A stretch of 64,000 bases of DNA from Lingula anatina (Eukaryota > Animalia > Brachiopoda): NCBI GenBank assembly GCA_051362555.1, contig CM120641.1:10726001-10790000 (forward strand), given 5' to 3'. The position numbers and the translations under genes are program-made. The notes beneath the pieces are model-generated. The model was not told the origin of the DNA and did not search any database. It was given only the letters and a program-made list of their open reading frames with translations. This document shows positions 1-12,714 of this stretch, one piece after another. Numbering within the stretch: position 1 is the first letter of the stretch; every line of letters starts with the position of its first letter.

Positions 1-120
1 CAGAATTTTAATAAGCTGATATTCACTCCTCATATATTAGGCATTATAGGTGCATGATTTCTCTTTTATCAATTTTTTTTCCAAATTGGCGACACATAAT
101 GTAAACATAATACATGACTC

Positions 121-690
121 TATTTCCTCCGTCAACTGAAACGAGCTAAGCTTTACCAAAGTATTGTGCGCTCAATTCTAGAATATGCCTGCCCTGTGTG
201 GCATCCAGGACTAACTATAGAGCAATGCAAACTCTAAGAGACTGACCAAACACGTGCTTTGAAGATTATTTTCCCTGACCTACACTATGATGAAACCCTG
301 AACCTGGCAAATATGTGTACTTTAGATAAACGAAGAGATCTGTGCAAAACTTTCTTTTACAAAAAAAACTGAATCCTCTGACAAACTGAATCACATCTTT
401 ATTGATCAATCCAATCGTCTTTTAAGATCAAACAATAGTAACAAAGTGCCACAATTTAAGACCGACATATTCTGATGCTCTTTTATTCTGTATGCACTTT
501 TAAATTTCCAATAGTATTATGTTGTCTTTTATCCTAAGTACAATAATTTTAAAGTTCAATTAGCAGTCTTTTAACTCAGTTTTATTCAAGCAAATATTCA
601 CTTTATTTTCATTATAATTTTCTTAACACTATGTACAACTTCAACCCACTGGGTTGCAATCTTAATAAATTATTATTATTATTATTATTT
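121..690 (+). mobile_element. Degenerate 3' fragment of a non-LTR retrotransposon (CR1/L2-group-like) with (TTA)n tail
   Basis: From 121 it translates YFLRQLKRAKLYQSIVRSILEYACPVWHPGLT..*ETDQTRALKIIFPDLHYDETLNL..LDKRRDLCKTFF, the typical post-RT C-terminal region of LINE ORF2, with an in-frame stop. It ends in AATAAA (664-669) followed by a TTA microsatellite. Confidence 0.8.
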
Positions 691-706
691 TGATTTGCTT
701 TTTTAG

Positions 707-840
707 ACCTTAAGGTTATGAGCAACTGCCAGTATGATGTCCTGAAGAAGAGTTTTTTACATGGAAGAGGAACTCCATGGCTCTCCACCAAAAAAAGAGG
801 AACTTTTCTTGAGGGTCCAAAGCGGGGACGAGTTGGATAG
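707..840 (+). CDS. Probable terminal coding exon of an unidentified gene starting left of the window
   Basis: Pyrimidine tract and AG at 705-706. Only one frame is open (from 709): LKVMSNCQYDVLKKSFLHGRGTPWLSTKKRGTFLEGPKRGRVG*, TAG at 838-840. UTR-like sequence follows, with AATAAA near 1029 and at 1838. Protein not recognised. Confidence 0.5.
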
Positions 841-2689
841 TGAGAGACTTTTCCTGACTTTCGAGTGCTGCTTACAGGATATATTCAGTGAACTCATCTT
901 GCCAATGTGACAAAGCATAATCTGCTGACTTCAAACCATCTAGCACTGACATGTATGCTATAATGCAGACAGATTGGAAATCAAGGCGGTCTTTCCTCCC
1001 AAACCTAAGTCATATGCCTGATATTGAGAATAAACCATTTTGGTCCAGCATTTACTTCTTAAATCTAAATGACATCAAATGTATTATGGAATATGGTACT
1101 GGTGGCATATTGTGATTTCAACTTGATTTTAAACCAGTGTGTTGTTAGATTTTGTAAGATCACCAGTTGCAGTTTTGTGACTTTGTTACAGCATAAAATT
1201 CTGTATTTGGCAAATGACTGCATGTCATTTCTTTTAAGACCTACAAAAATGGTTTGAGTGAACACTTGTGCCTGTATTCAATTCTCCACTCAGCCATTAT
1301 TTAGAATTCATGCAGGGAAGCCATGCCTGTATTTTTTAAAGAAATATTTATACCTTTCTATTTATTCCCTGCACATCTTGGAAAAGTATGTGTGAATATC
1401 TTACCGATGAAACAATTTATGTTTGTGTAAGTTGGGTTGGTCCTTTCTTATGACACATCCCTTTGCATGGAGACTTTTGTGTCAGCTCACATGAGTCAAT
1501 ACACTGACAGAGAGGGGGATAATTTGTTGATCTGCAATCCTCATGGGTCTGCATGTACATCAGACTCTTAACATGATAGCCTGGCTATTAATAAGTCTCT
1601 CAAAAATGTTATCATACTATAATGTGTACTGCACAATGTGAAAGTTTGTGAATGCTTGAATAGAAGGCTTATTTATGAAGATGGCATTAATAAGTATGAA
1701 AATAATTATGCATTCTAGCTTACAAAATCTGTGTATGTCTTATTCATTACATGTGACAGGTAATAATAAAGATGATTTGGCCAAATTCCAAACTTATGTA
1801 GCAAACTTTGTTTATTCTTGTATTTTTGCCAAATATAAATAAAAGATGTTTCAATATTTAAACTTTTATTTCATTCATAATCTCTACCCAGTTAATGCTA
1901 CATTGATACTGCAGCTTATGCTTTGTACATAAAAATATGTTAATTAATAATAACAGTTGGATAGTACATGTTGTTAATTTACTAAAGGGCTAGTTCTTAG
2001 AAAAACATGTTCGACATTAAAATATATTCTAAAAAAGTTTTCAAGAATTGCATTAGAATTGAATCTTTGGATGTATTTGACAAGATTATAAAATTATTGA
2101 AGAGTTGACAATGCCCAGAAAATAAAGGCCTTGAGGCTCTCGCTGATCTCAGTCTTGTCACTTTAAATACATGTACATGGGCATTATAATATAAAACTGT
2201 TCACTTGGTTTTGGTAAAAGGTGGTGAATCATGTGGTCATTGCTGCAAGTTTTTTGTAGCAGTCTTTTACACAACTTGTCACACCGACATTGAAGTGATG
2301 CAGTATTGTAAGATTGGAGTGCTTCCTGGTATTAGTTTTCCAGATATAACTTGAGACACTGTAATAGAAAAATTACATAAAATGGTTATAAAGAAAAATA
2401 TGTACTGATATTATCATAACAGCACTATTCTTTAACAAAAATCAACAAATTAGAGGGCATGATCACTACATGATAACCAGCTTATAATAAAGAAGCAAGT
2501 CTGATTATGGCAAAAAAAAAAAAAAGAAAAAAATTAAATTTAAATATCTGTAGCTGCATTAAATCATAAAGGCCACAAGAAGAAATAACATAATCACACA
2601 TGGTTTCAAAGAACTGATGTAAAAAAATTACACTAATATTCCCCACTTGGAATTAGAATTTTGACTAGCTAATTTCCTATAGTATAGTG

Positions 2690-2837
2690 CTTAACCGTAC
2701 CAAATGGCACTGTTCACCCTCTAAAATACCAAAGTTTTAAGCAGGCCCAGGACCCCACGCCAACTAGGGGGGGTCGGCTTTGCATCTGCGGACCGCCCCC
2801 CCCCCCCCCCTTTCAAATAATCCTGGATCCGCCCATG
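2690..2837 (-). mobile_element. One end of a non-autonomous DNA transposon (hAT-type MITE-like remnant)
   Basis: GC-rich island in AT-rich DNA. The minus strand reads CATGGGCGGATCCAGGATTATTTGAAAGGGGGG, resembling common invertebrate MITE termini. No partner TIR or TSD seen. Confidence 0.5.
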
Positions 2838-3045
2838 TTATACTGCTAAAATTATTAACATACCTGATCTCTTCACTCGTGCTTGAAGGGGTGTATCACC
2901 CAATTCCTCCTCTGAAAGGCTAAAAAAATCATTCCTTATAATCATATTCATTGACAATATTATTAAATTTACAAATAAGCTAACGTAGTTACGTGTTGTA
3001 CAAAGAACACCCTCTATCCCCACTATAGTACTCGAGTTACATCGC

Positions 3046-3188
3046 ACATGTATATATCATGGGATTCCCCTGCGAGAATATGGTGTGAGGTTAGTCTGTA
3101 AGTACTGGTAGATGACCACATTGAGCAGAAAAGGGTATTCCTCCTGCTTTACAGACCTATATACCTCAGTGTGCGTTACCCGAGGAAA
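3046..3188 (-). ncRNA. Candidate structured intronic RNA (H/ACA-like layout)
   Basis: Nested stems on the minus strand: GAGGU/ACCUC, GUCUGUAA/UUACAGAC, AGCAGGAGG/CCUUUUCUGCU and UGGU/ACCA, forming a three-way junction. These are followed by ACACCA (fits ANANNA), a short hairpin and ACA-UGU. No family recognised. Confidence 0.3.
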
Positions 3189-3427
3189 CGTTAATTATTA
3201 GCAGTTATCTACGCTTTTTAACTTCCTCTGCCAGACATTTTGATTCCCACTTCCATCTTCCCATTTTAAAGTACTTTTGGTAAATATAACTCGCTTACCT
3301 GCAAAGATTCGGTGAGCAATTCCTCTTCTCCTTCACGTCCACGCTCACCTTCGAAACGACATGCTGTCTGCATTGTTTACATCTCGTATCTGAGTCGAGA
3401 AGCCGCGTTATTTCAAACTGTGTCAAG

Positions 3428-6400
3428 ATGGCTGACGCCCGGGGTTCGAAAGTGGACGGTGAATATGATTCTTTTTTTCGATATTGATTAAGGCCATTTA
3501 CCTGCCATTTTATGCTTTACCCATAGCAATTGTTCTCAGAAAAGTTAAAAAAGAAGCAATCCATGCACTAAAAAGGCGTTTTTAATCCTATTTTTTGTCC
3601 CTTTAAGCATGGTGCCTGTTTGCTTGAAGTTTGGAACTTAAATGCTAGAACTTAAGAGTATTTTATATATTACCGTGTAAAAAAATTAGTGCTTTTAGGC
3701 AGGATTCCTGCTGGGTGTTCTGTGCAGATATTGAAGGCCAAGGTTGTGTGGTATTTACCACTGAGCTTTATCTAGATGCTGGATAATTTGAGGGAAAATG
3801 AATATTTTTAAATATGATTTTACTTCTTAAACTAACCAAAATATTTACAGAAGGTTTCATTCTCTGTGAAAAAAAAATGTTATGTGACTTAAAGGGCTTT
3901 TTTAACAGAGGGTTAAAAATTGAAAAGCAGGGACAGAAATTAAATGGAGTTTAAAAGTTATTGGATTATTACTTAGATTTCATTTGGGTCATACTTGCAA
4001 TGTACTGTGAAGATTTTAACATATTTAATTGGATATCACAAGAACAACATTTTAGATAAAGTAGAATATAAAAGTTTCATTGTTATGACTAAAATTTAAA
4101 GTAGCATAGATTTAAGGCTTATGTTTGGAGTTGTAGCATATCCAGTAAATTAAGTCAATTTATTTCCTTTTAACTCAAAACTTGTACTGTAGTATAATCA
4201 TTTGAAAATCTATTTATAAGGCTATGGCCCACCTCCCCAACAGTATGCAGGAGGCTATGGTTCTCCCCCAGCACCAGGTTACTCTGGCAGTCCAGAACAA
4301 CATTATATGGGACAACAGCTGTTCCAGGATCCTATGGCAGGCATGGCCATGCAGTATGGAACATCCTTAGCTGGACAAGGCAAAGATTTGGTGCAAAAAA
4401 ATGTAAGTATTTTTATCCTATGTATATATCACAGGGCAGATCACTCCTACCAGCTAATGAACACTATTGGAAAAGATATCTGTTTGTTGAGGCAAGCGCT
4501 TCACCTTAGTTTAATGTTTGCAAACTAGAAAAGCACCCAGAGAGATTGGCAGCCTCTGCCAAGTCAGCTCAATTCTCATTACATATATCTTTTTTGTCTT
4601 ACAGATTGAAAAGTATGTTTCAACTTCAAAAGTGAAGGATTACTTTGATGTGGACACTGTTTATGTATGCAAGAAATTAGGACTTCTTGTTTTTCCATTT
4701 ACTCATACAGTAAGTTACCAAATACTTTTCAAGTTAGATATTAAGACTAGATTAGTTTTTAGTGACATTTTACATTATTTTTGACCCAATGGCCAAATTT
4801 GAATGAAAAGAAGACAAGTGTATCCGTGGACTGGATTTTCTTTGTTGAAACTAATCGGAGTAGCTGTGTATTTGAGTATTTGCAGAGCAGTTGTGATGAA
4901 TGTAGTAATTTGCAGTTTTTGAAATGAAATGCAAATGTTATTTAAATGTTATCTTTATTTTAATTTAAACCAGGAATGGTCTGTACGGTACCAAGAACCT
5001 GTTACCCCAAGAATGGATATCAATGTGCCAGATTTATACATACCAGGTGAGATGAATGTATATTATTAAAGCTTTCTAAATATATTTTAAGTTTGTGTAA
5101 GAGGTATGATTCGTTTTAATAACAAATACAATTATTTAGGAGAAAAAGGGAGAGACAGAAAATGAGAGTTTATGTTAAATTTTAACATGCTTGCATCTTG
5201 TAAATTCAGATAATGTATATTATGTTTCATTTTCAGTTATGGCTTTTGTAACATATATTTTAACAGCCGGGGTGGCATTGGGAATTCAAAATAGGTAAGA
5301 CAAATTTCAAGTTATTAAAGGCATACTGTTCCTGTAAATGAGAGAAAATTTTTGTGATTATATTTTACCTATTATTTAATAATAATAATAATAATAAATG
5401 GTTTCTTAAAAACCTTGCTTCTAATTAATCTGAGTGCTGTGTATATTTATTTTTGCAAAAGTCTTTTTGATACTTAGCTATATAATTACTGTCGTTATTT
5501 TCAGATTTACACCAGAACAACTTGGCATCCAGTCCAGTTCAGCACTTGTGTGGTTGATAATTGAGATGCTGGTCATATGGTTAAGCCTGTATATAACCAA
5601 TGTACAGTCAGATATTAAATACTTGGATTTGGTGGCTTTTTGTGGATACAAATATGTGGGGTAATGTATAACTTTAATATCAGTTTCTGTCAGATATTAA
5701 AAATGGAATAGTACTCTGTAATAGGTCCAAAGAAATATTTATCGCAATTTAATGAAATTTAATGCCTATCAATAACTACAAAAGTGTTCACTGCATTTCT
5801 TCATTTGGAAACTTGAGCACAGGATGCTATATTTTGTTCCACATGCCACATTCTGCATTCACTGGCAGAAATAGAATTTTACTGAAGGGGGAGTGCAGTA
5901 TGCTCAGGGATTGAAAGTGAAACTTCCCTGTTAGTTTTTGTGCATGATAACTTTTTTTATGTGACATCTAATGATCACAATATCAAATTTTCAGCATGAT
6001 TCTAAGCCTAGTGGCAGGCTTGATATTCCACTCAGGGGGATATTATTTTGCTTTACTATGGAGCAGCCTCACACTTGCTTTCTTCTTGGTAAGTCAAATT
6101 TTTATATGATTGTTTTAAGAGGTTGTATTAAAATCATTCATCCCTCATATTTTCCAGTGTATTGCACATTTCATGTTACAAAAGAGTTTTCTTGTTTTTT
6201 AATTCCATTAGTGAAAACCCCCCCAATGCAAGATTCAAAAAAGAGCAAAAAAGTCTGATGCATATTTTCTTCAGTTTGTAATGTTCTAGCTTCAAAAGAT
6301 TTTTTCAGACATGGGTTTTTAAACATATGTTTTTAACTTGTATATTTAGGTGCGGACATTAAAAATGAAAATTCTTGCACAGCCAGATGGTTATTCCCAA

Positions 6401-6535
6401 GGATCAGGATCAAAATCTGCATTATATATGCTGGTCTTCATAGCCCTGGTTCAGCCACTGTTTATGTGGTGGCTGACTAGTCATATTATGTTTGTCAAAG
6501 CTCCCATTGTCAATTTGTCTGGTGGACCTTACTGA
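3428..6535 (+). CDS. YIF1: YIF1 (Yip1-interacting factor, YIF1A/B homolog), ER-Golgi trafficking membrane protein
   Basis: 8 phase-consistent exons: 3428-3458, 4221-4402, 4605-4709, 4974-5046, 5237-5294, 5505-5660, 5995-6088, 6350-6535. Family motifs [69 protein letters not shown] and RTLK. Confidence 0.96.
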
Positions 6536-7898
6536 AGTGGTGGAATCAATTGGAGACCTTATGATGTTTTATTGAAGTTAAACAGACTGTCTTTCTGTTT
6601 TGGGAAATAATTTTCCTCAAATATGCTTTGATACCAACTATGCTGGTTAGCATCATTATTAGAATTATGCAATGCTGTTATTCATATATCAAAGTATTGT
6701 AAAAAGTGTTCAAGTATTATGACATCTTCAAACGTTTAAGAGAATAGTTAGATATTTATTAGGGCTGTCAATACATTTAGGTCACAGTAGCATTCCTTGG
6801 TATAAAAGACAACCATGCTGCTGACAAATGAAGTTGAATTGGAATTGGAAACTCATCTTAATGAAAAAATGCACTATTGGCGTGTGAAATGAAAACCAAT
6901 GGGAAAATGGATTTATTATGACGAAAACTTGCTAAAATATGAGTCGAAACAAGAACTACCAGTGAAGGGCTATTTGTTCACAGAAATGTAGACTTTTAAA
7001 CTTACAATGGATATTACAAACCTTGAAATTTGATCTGCAGCTTCTCTTTTTATTTGATGTTTGGTATCTACTTTTCTGATGTCAGCAAAATTTGACTTGC
7101 TGTAGATAAATTATTTTATGAAAATTATTTTCCTTTTTGTCAACATGTATGGTTTAAATTGCCAAATGAGTTTATACATTTTAGTTCTCCCTGTATTTAT
7201 CACAAAGCGCATGTTCAAAAACGTATCTAAATTAAATATAATTTAATGAAACGTCTTTATTTGTTTATATATTAACGTGATCACGAGTACATGCTACGAT
7301 GCGCGGGGGGAGTGCTTTAACACTGAAAGAAACATTCAGGGTCAATCTCAACGTTTTTCAAGACTGAGATTGGCACTGAAATTTAGTGCAGATAATACCC
7401 GATTTCAGTACTGCACCGAGTCTTCAATTCACAATACGATCTATGTGTAAGTTGAAGGTGACTTCGTAACGCTTGTTGGCTTGTTGGTATTCATTTATCT
7501 GCTTTATGCTCCTGGGCACTTGGGTGTTGCATGCTGTCTTCCCTTAGATCGTAACATAAACGCCGCGTTTCTATTCGTTTCACTAGTTTTATTTTTCCAA
7601 GACAAAAGACAGTTGTTGTATTTTTTCAGCTGTTTGTTTGTCAAAAAAAAAAAAAAAAAAAAAAAAAACGGTTAAATAAATATTTACTGACAAATTTTCT
7701 TATTGAAATATTTTTAAGTGAATTAAATTCTTTTCTAAAAAGTCAGAATGATGCTAGAAATATATAAATGATGGATCGACAATTGTATTCGTTTTCTTTT
7801 AAAAATTTTAAAGTAATTTACGCTAAAAAAAGTCCATTTTGTCGATGACTAAAAAACTAATTGCGGTCAAGCTTCCAGCTTAATATCTATGATGCACC

Positions 7899-10800
7899 TT
7901 ACACTCTCCACAGGGGATTGATAAGTGTCGGTTTCTTCTGCGGTGGTGTTCGCCGATCGTTCCTTTCTGGTTGTACACAGCAGTGTTTCCCACCCTTTGA
8001 GTGTGAATGTGACGCACTAACGTTCTGTTGGGCCTTCCTGAGGTGTATTCTGGCTTTCCTTTGACGGAACGTCGCTGGAGACGACCCTGCTCCTGCTTCT
8101 TCGCCACGTGCACGCGCTGCAGTCACCGACGAGGAGGCTTCTAGTGATGTCAAGGATGTTGAATGTCGTGATTTAGACCTATAACCTGACAAATCTACCG
8201 CGGAATCACGTCTCAAGTAAATGTGCGCATTGGCATTTGTCGAATCGTAAAGAACGGTTCCAGCCTTGTTAAGTCTACCTATAGATGGCAAAGGCGTATC
8301 CATCCTTGGCCGACTGCGCTGATTAGGCACCAAGTCTTCCAGAGCCTGGGGAGGTGGAGGTCTGTTTTGCAGGGGTGGTATGGCATTGGACCGTCCACTG
8401 TGCTTCATTATGGTCGGCTGTCCCATCGATGGTATGTGTCTCACAGTATTTGCAGTTTCATTAGATTCTTTATACCGTATTTTGTCCTTGGTACTCCTCT
8501 GCTTGCTGGACTTGAGCGAGGAGTTGAGCTGACCTTCCTTTTCTTGCTCAACAAGATTGTCTTTGTGCACCCTGTGTAGAATTTGGACGTTGTTTGTATT
8601 CTGTTGTGGATGTTCAGCACTCAGTCTGTCTACCAAGGAATGGGGAATACTGGGCAGGGCCATTCCTGGCAGACGTTGGGGTATTTTTGAACAATATTTG
8701 AAATTACGAGATGTTTTCGGTTGCTTTGTTGTTCTGGTGTTTGGTATGGTTTGTTTGTCGGTACTACCGACAGTGAAAGACTGGTCAGATTTTGTCTTCA
8801 AAGAACTGAAAGATCCAGCTACATTGGTTATTTCCTGATTAACCCTATTAACTGCCTCTGTCTGTATACATGGTGTTGAGGGTGATATTGGTTTTGTCTC
8901 TATGTCTAGACTGCTTCCTGCGGAAGAAACTGCCAACCTTTGCCTTAGATAGAGAGAAGCTTCTTCATCTATGATTGGTTTATATTTTGTGTCTTCCAGG
9001 GGAATTGGATCTGTATTAACTGAAACGTCTATTGAAATCTTGACATCAGTTTCATCCCTTTGCTCTTCGTCACTTTCTGAAGATGCAGATAAAGATTCTA
9101 CCGTTTGAGGTAGCTTGTCTACCGTCGGAGCTGCATATGGTGCACCGGTTTGAAGTATGTCTGAAGTAGAAGTAGCGTCTCTGGGCGGATTATTGCCTGA
9201 CGGGACGTGAGATCCTGTTGCTAACAATTCTGTTGGTTCCATAGATTGGACTGGGTTGCTTGTGAGACTCAAACGATCTTCTGACTTGGTTTCATTATCC
9301 CTTGTTTCTGCACGGTCTGTCTTCAGGGATCCACTCACTGGAATACGTGTTTCTTCTTTTGCGGGAACGGTTCCTTTGTCATTTCTTCGTCCAATAGAAT
9401 TATCATTTTTCTCCTCGTTGACATGGCTCTTGTTGAAATCTTCGTTGCTGCATTGCATGAAGAGGTGTTCCGCCACGGCTTTTGAGAAAACATCTTGGGC
9501 TTGTTGATTTTGAAAAACAAAACTGCCCTTTTCTGAAAGCTCTTCCGCAGAAGATTGAGACAAAAGAGAGCTTGAATTATCTGCCATCATAACTGCTGAA
9601 ATGGATCCAGTCATGTCCGAAGTGGAGTTTCTGTTTTGCACTCTTTTGGTCGAAAATTCCTCACTTTGACGTTCTTTGTTCGGGTTGTCAACAATGTCAG
9701 TTGCAGTCTGGGGCATCGGCCACTGCGAAAGTTCGTCATTCATCAAATGTGAAAGGAAACGGACAACATTGACTGCTGGTCGGTACTTAGTCTCCAGGTC
9801 ATGCTCCGTATTTTCTTTTTTCAAACTGCAAAAATGAACAAAGAAATTAAATCTTCTTGCGCACACCCATAAGAGGACATATATATATATATAAATAAGC
9901 TCAGGAGCAAATACACATAAACAAGCGGACGTATTAATATGGTTTAAGTTATTAGTGTCCATTTGCTTTTGCCTTTTATAATTAGTAGGCTACATCGGTA
10001 AAATAGCACGTCTAAACAATTTTGACACCTTATTTTATTTAAAAATAAGTGAAATTTAGCACTAGCAAATTGTCACTTTTTAAGGGAACAAAGATAAAAA
10101 AAAAAATGAAAAGATAAAAACGCTTTATTTCCAAAAATTTTTAATAAGTACCTTATATAGCTAGCAAATGTTTCCTGTAACTGTAGTATGATTCTTTGTG
10201 TCTCAGTGAACCAACGATCTCCATCTTTGTCCGTCACTCGCTTTAAGGCACAGTCGATAAGTGACGGCCTCGAAGGGGTCTCAGGCCAAGGTTGAGCTTT
10301 TCGGACTAAGGTATGGTTGGTGTCGTTTGCAGTCTCATCGTCACCAAGAACTTTTTCACTGTCTAACATGTTTGCCTCTTTCAACTGCCGGTACCATGCT
10401 CGGCAAACTTCGATTTGTTTCGTGTCGTTAGAAGTGTGATTATCCAACAATTTCTGTAAAAAGTACAAAAGTTGACCTGAAAGTGGAGCTACGCAGAGTG
10501 ATCATGTGCGAAAATGAGTACAAATACGGTAATTGGGTTCGAGTTGTACCAGGGACGGTAAGCCACTGAGGCTTAATTTGTGTTAAAAACTAGTAATTTC
10601 TTTGAATGAAGTAGAAAAGAAGTTAATTTTGCAATGTCTTCTCACCTTCGTATCCTCCTTGCAAATGATGCACATGGAGTTGTCCAGCAAGTAGTTGAAA
10701 TCATATCTGACTTTTCCGTTAAGCAAATACAATAATCTTTGGACCAAGGCTTTTAAATGTTCTTTGTCTGCCCTCTCCATTGTGAAGCTCAGCAGATAGT

Positions 10801-11492
10801 TGCCTGCCTGTTCTGCTCGTACATTTCGAATGTCTATTACCCTTTTTGTGCTTTTTAATTCTTTTTCCAATTCTTTTAACTTTGTGAAACATGTGGGCTC
10901 GGGCTTTGGGAGTGTCTGCGTGGTTTTATCTGACCTTTCTTTGTTAAAAACCGTTCGCTTTTCATTTTCCTCCTGTAGATGCCAAATTTCCTTCTTTAGC
11001 TGGCATATTTCATCTACACGTTTGTAATATTCAGATATTACATTATCGGTAAGCCTGCAATTTAGTTTTAAGAAAATTTAATAAAGAAATATAACGTTTA
11101 AATTTAAGGGATAAAATGCGAGTTATCGATTTTGGGTAGATCCTGAAACTCTGCATCCCTGGACCTGAAATACTAATCTCATTTGTTGAAGTTGCTTTAA
11201 AGTGTGGTAAATTTTGCCTTATTTTCTGTCAATTCAACACAACTCTCCAACTTCCAAATGAACAATGATTCTTGATTTATACGATTCATGAGATGCAGAT
11301 TCTTTTATTATTGTTGTTGAAATGTTTAAATACATTTATATGTTAACAATTTATTTATTCTTTTTTGTAAAGAAATCGCCTTTATATGAAAAATAATGAC
11401 CAGTAAATCAAACAAAAAACATAATATTTCAAAACTGTACGATATTTTGAGGAAAAATAGAATACTTACTCTTTATTAGCCCCTTCGTCCAT
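7899..11492 (-). CDS. Uncharacterised 864-aa protein with N-terminal coiled-coil-like region and long Ser/Thr/Pro-rich disordered C-terminus
   Basis: 4 exons with matching phases: 11492-11470, 11054-10712, 10453-10152, 9825-7899. Total 2595 nt = 864 aa + stop. The start context is AAACAAAATGG. No domain recognised. Confidence 0.82.
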
Positions 11493-11534
11493 TTTGTTTA
11501 TAATTTTTGTCACCTGAGAGACAGTAGTGCTATA

Positions 11535-11542
11535 TGACGTCA
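11535..11542. promoter_or_regulatory. Palindromic CRE (TGACGTCA) in the promoter of the minus-strand orphan gene
   Basis: Perfect CRE 43 bp upstream of ATG 11492 in a locally CpG-containing stretch. Function is inferred. Confidence 0.45.
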
Positions 11543-12714
11543 CAATACTGGTTGCGTGTGACGCATGCCCTAAACAACGTTCCGTTATTGTGTCGCAATA
11601 AAGCAATTTAGATTCGGTGTCTGTTGCTATGTTTGTTTGTATAAATGTTTAACGCGCTAAATTGCTGTCAGTAGTTACGGTAATTATTGTTGACATTGTT
11701 TGATTGTTTAGCTCATAATGCAAATGACGCCACGTCTGTTAAAACACAGTTAATTCATTTTTTTTTAAATTTAGAATATCTAGATGAAATATTCAAAAAT
11801 AATTTAAAACTTACATTTTCCGTTTTAAACCTACACTAGCCGGACTTCTTATCTGTGGAGTGTCGCATCTTAAGTAATAAATCATTAAATATATGTTAAA
11901 ATAACGAATTTCTAAAGACACGACTCAAGCGCCTATAACATAACCCTAAATGATATCTTAAGTTGATGAGAAATACAAGCGAGGACTTCAATCTAATTTC
12001 ATATTGACTTTCAAATGTTTGTTTCTTTGATTTTACTAGTGCTCAGAAATTAAGACATTGCTTCGATTGCATAGATTTGTAGAAAAAGGAGATTACATGC
12101 ACATGTAGAATGCATAATAAAATGAAGTGAAATAATTAATTTCATTTTACTTGTACAATTTTTATATTATATTTGGCGTCTTATATTTTTTCTGTTTCTT
12201 TTTTTCTTCCTTTCTTATTATTATATTACGAAAGCAAATTTTGCAATTCCATTTTTTTGCAAGTGAAATAAATACATGTAGTCCCATCACCTTTCCATTA
12301 CATCTTTAGTGGTTTTTCTTTAACCTTTATAAAAAATGCTTTTCAGATACACATTTTTGCAATTATGAATATTCATAATATTAAAAAAGAGATATTGTAG
12401 ACATCATGTATTGCAATATTACATGTTAAGATGTACTTCCATTTAAAAAGTTTGTGAAATTTCTATAACTTTTTATTGCACCTAATATAAATGTTAAGAT
12501 TAAGACCATTACTTATACAACTCTTTTTTATTTATATAGTGCTATATTAGCCAGACGCTATTTTGGCCATCTCGCTGGCAGTAATTGATTCTGTCGATTC
12601 AGTAAAGGTTTTTTTCCTGCTTGATTTTCGCTGTATGCTGCTCTGTCTGTCTGTCTTTCTGCCACCATTTTCTTTTGCATGTTGCCCATCTTTTTTGTGT
12701 AATTTGAGACAAGT

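Larger units (their letters stand above)
1865..3373 (-). other. Candidate three-exon antisense transcript (lncRNA, snoRNA host or micropeptide gene) divergent from YIF1
   Basis: Minus-strand splice signals: exon ending 3299 (CAG|GTAAGC), exon 2911-2864 (ctttcAG|...CAG|GTATGT), acceptor before 2358 (tttttctattacAG), minus-strand AATAAA at 1865-1870. The ORF from ATG 3373 is only 37 aa. Confidence 0.5.

Noticed and set aside
3046-3420. Telomerase RNA, U17/snR30 or RNase P identity for the structured element
   Set aside because: No CUAACCCU template or pseudoknot upstream, and the 4-bp hairpin loop (CAUCU) lacks the P6.1 U/G residues. The U17 m1/m2-like words are imperfect and too close together. 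The GGUCUG/CAGACU pair is far closer than in RNase P RNA.
8223-9520. Overlapping ORFs on the opposite strand or in other frames of the orphan gene (likewise 25594-25929, 35180-35560, 53567-54064)
   Set aside because: These are shadow ORFs of real coding exons, with no independent splice or domain support.
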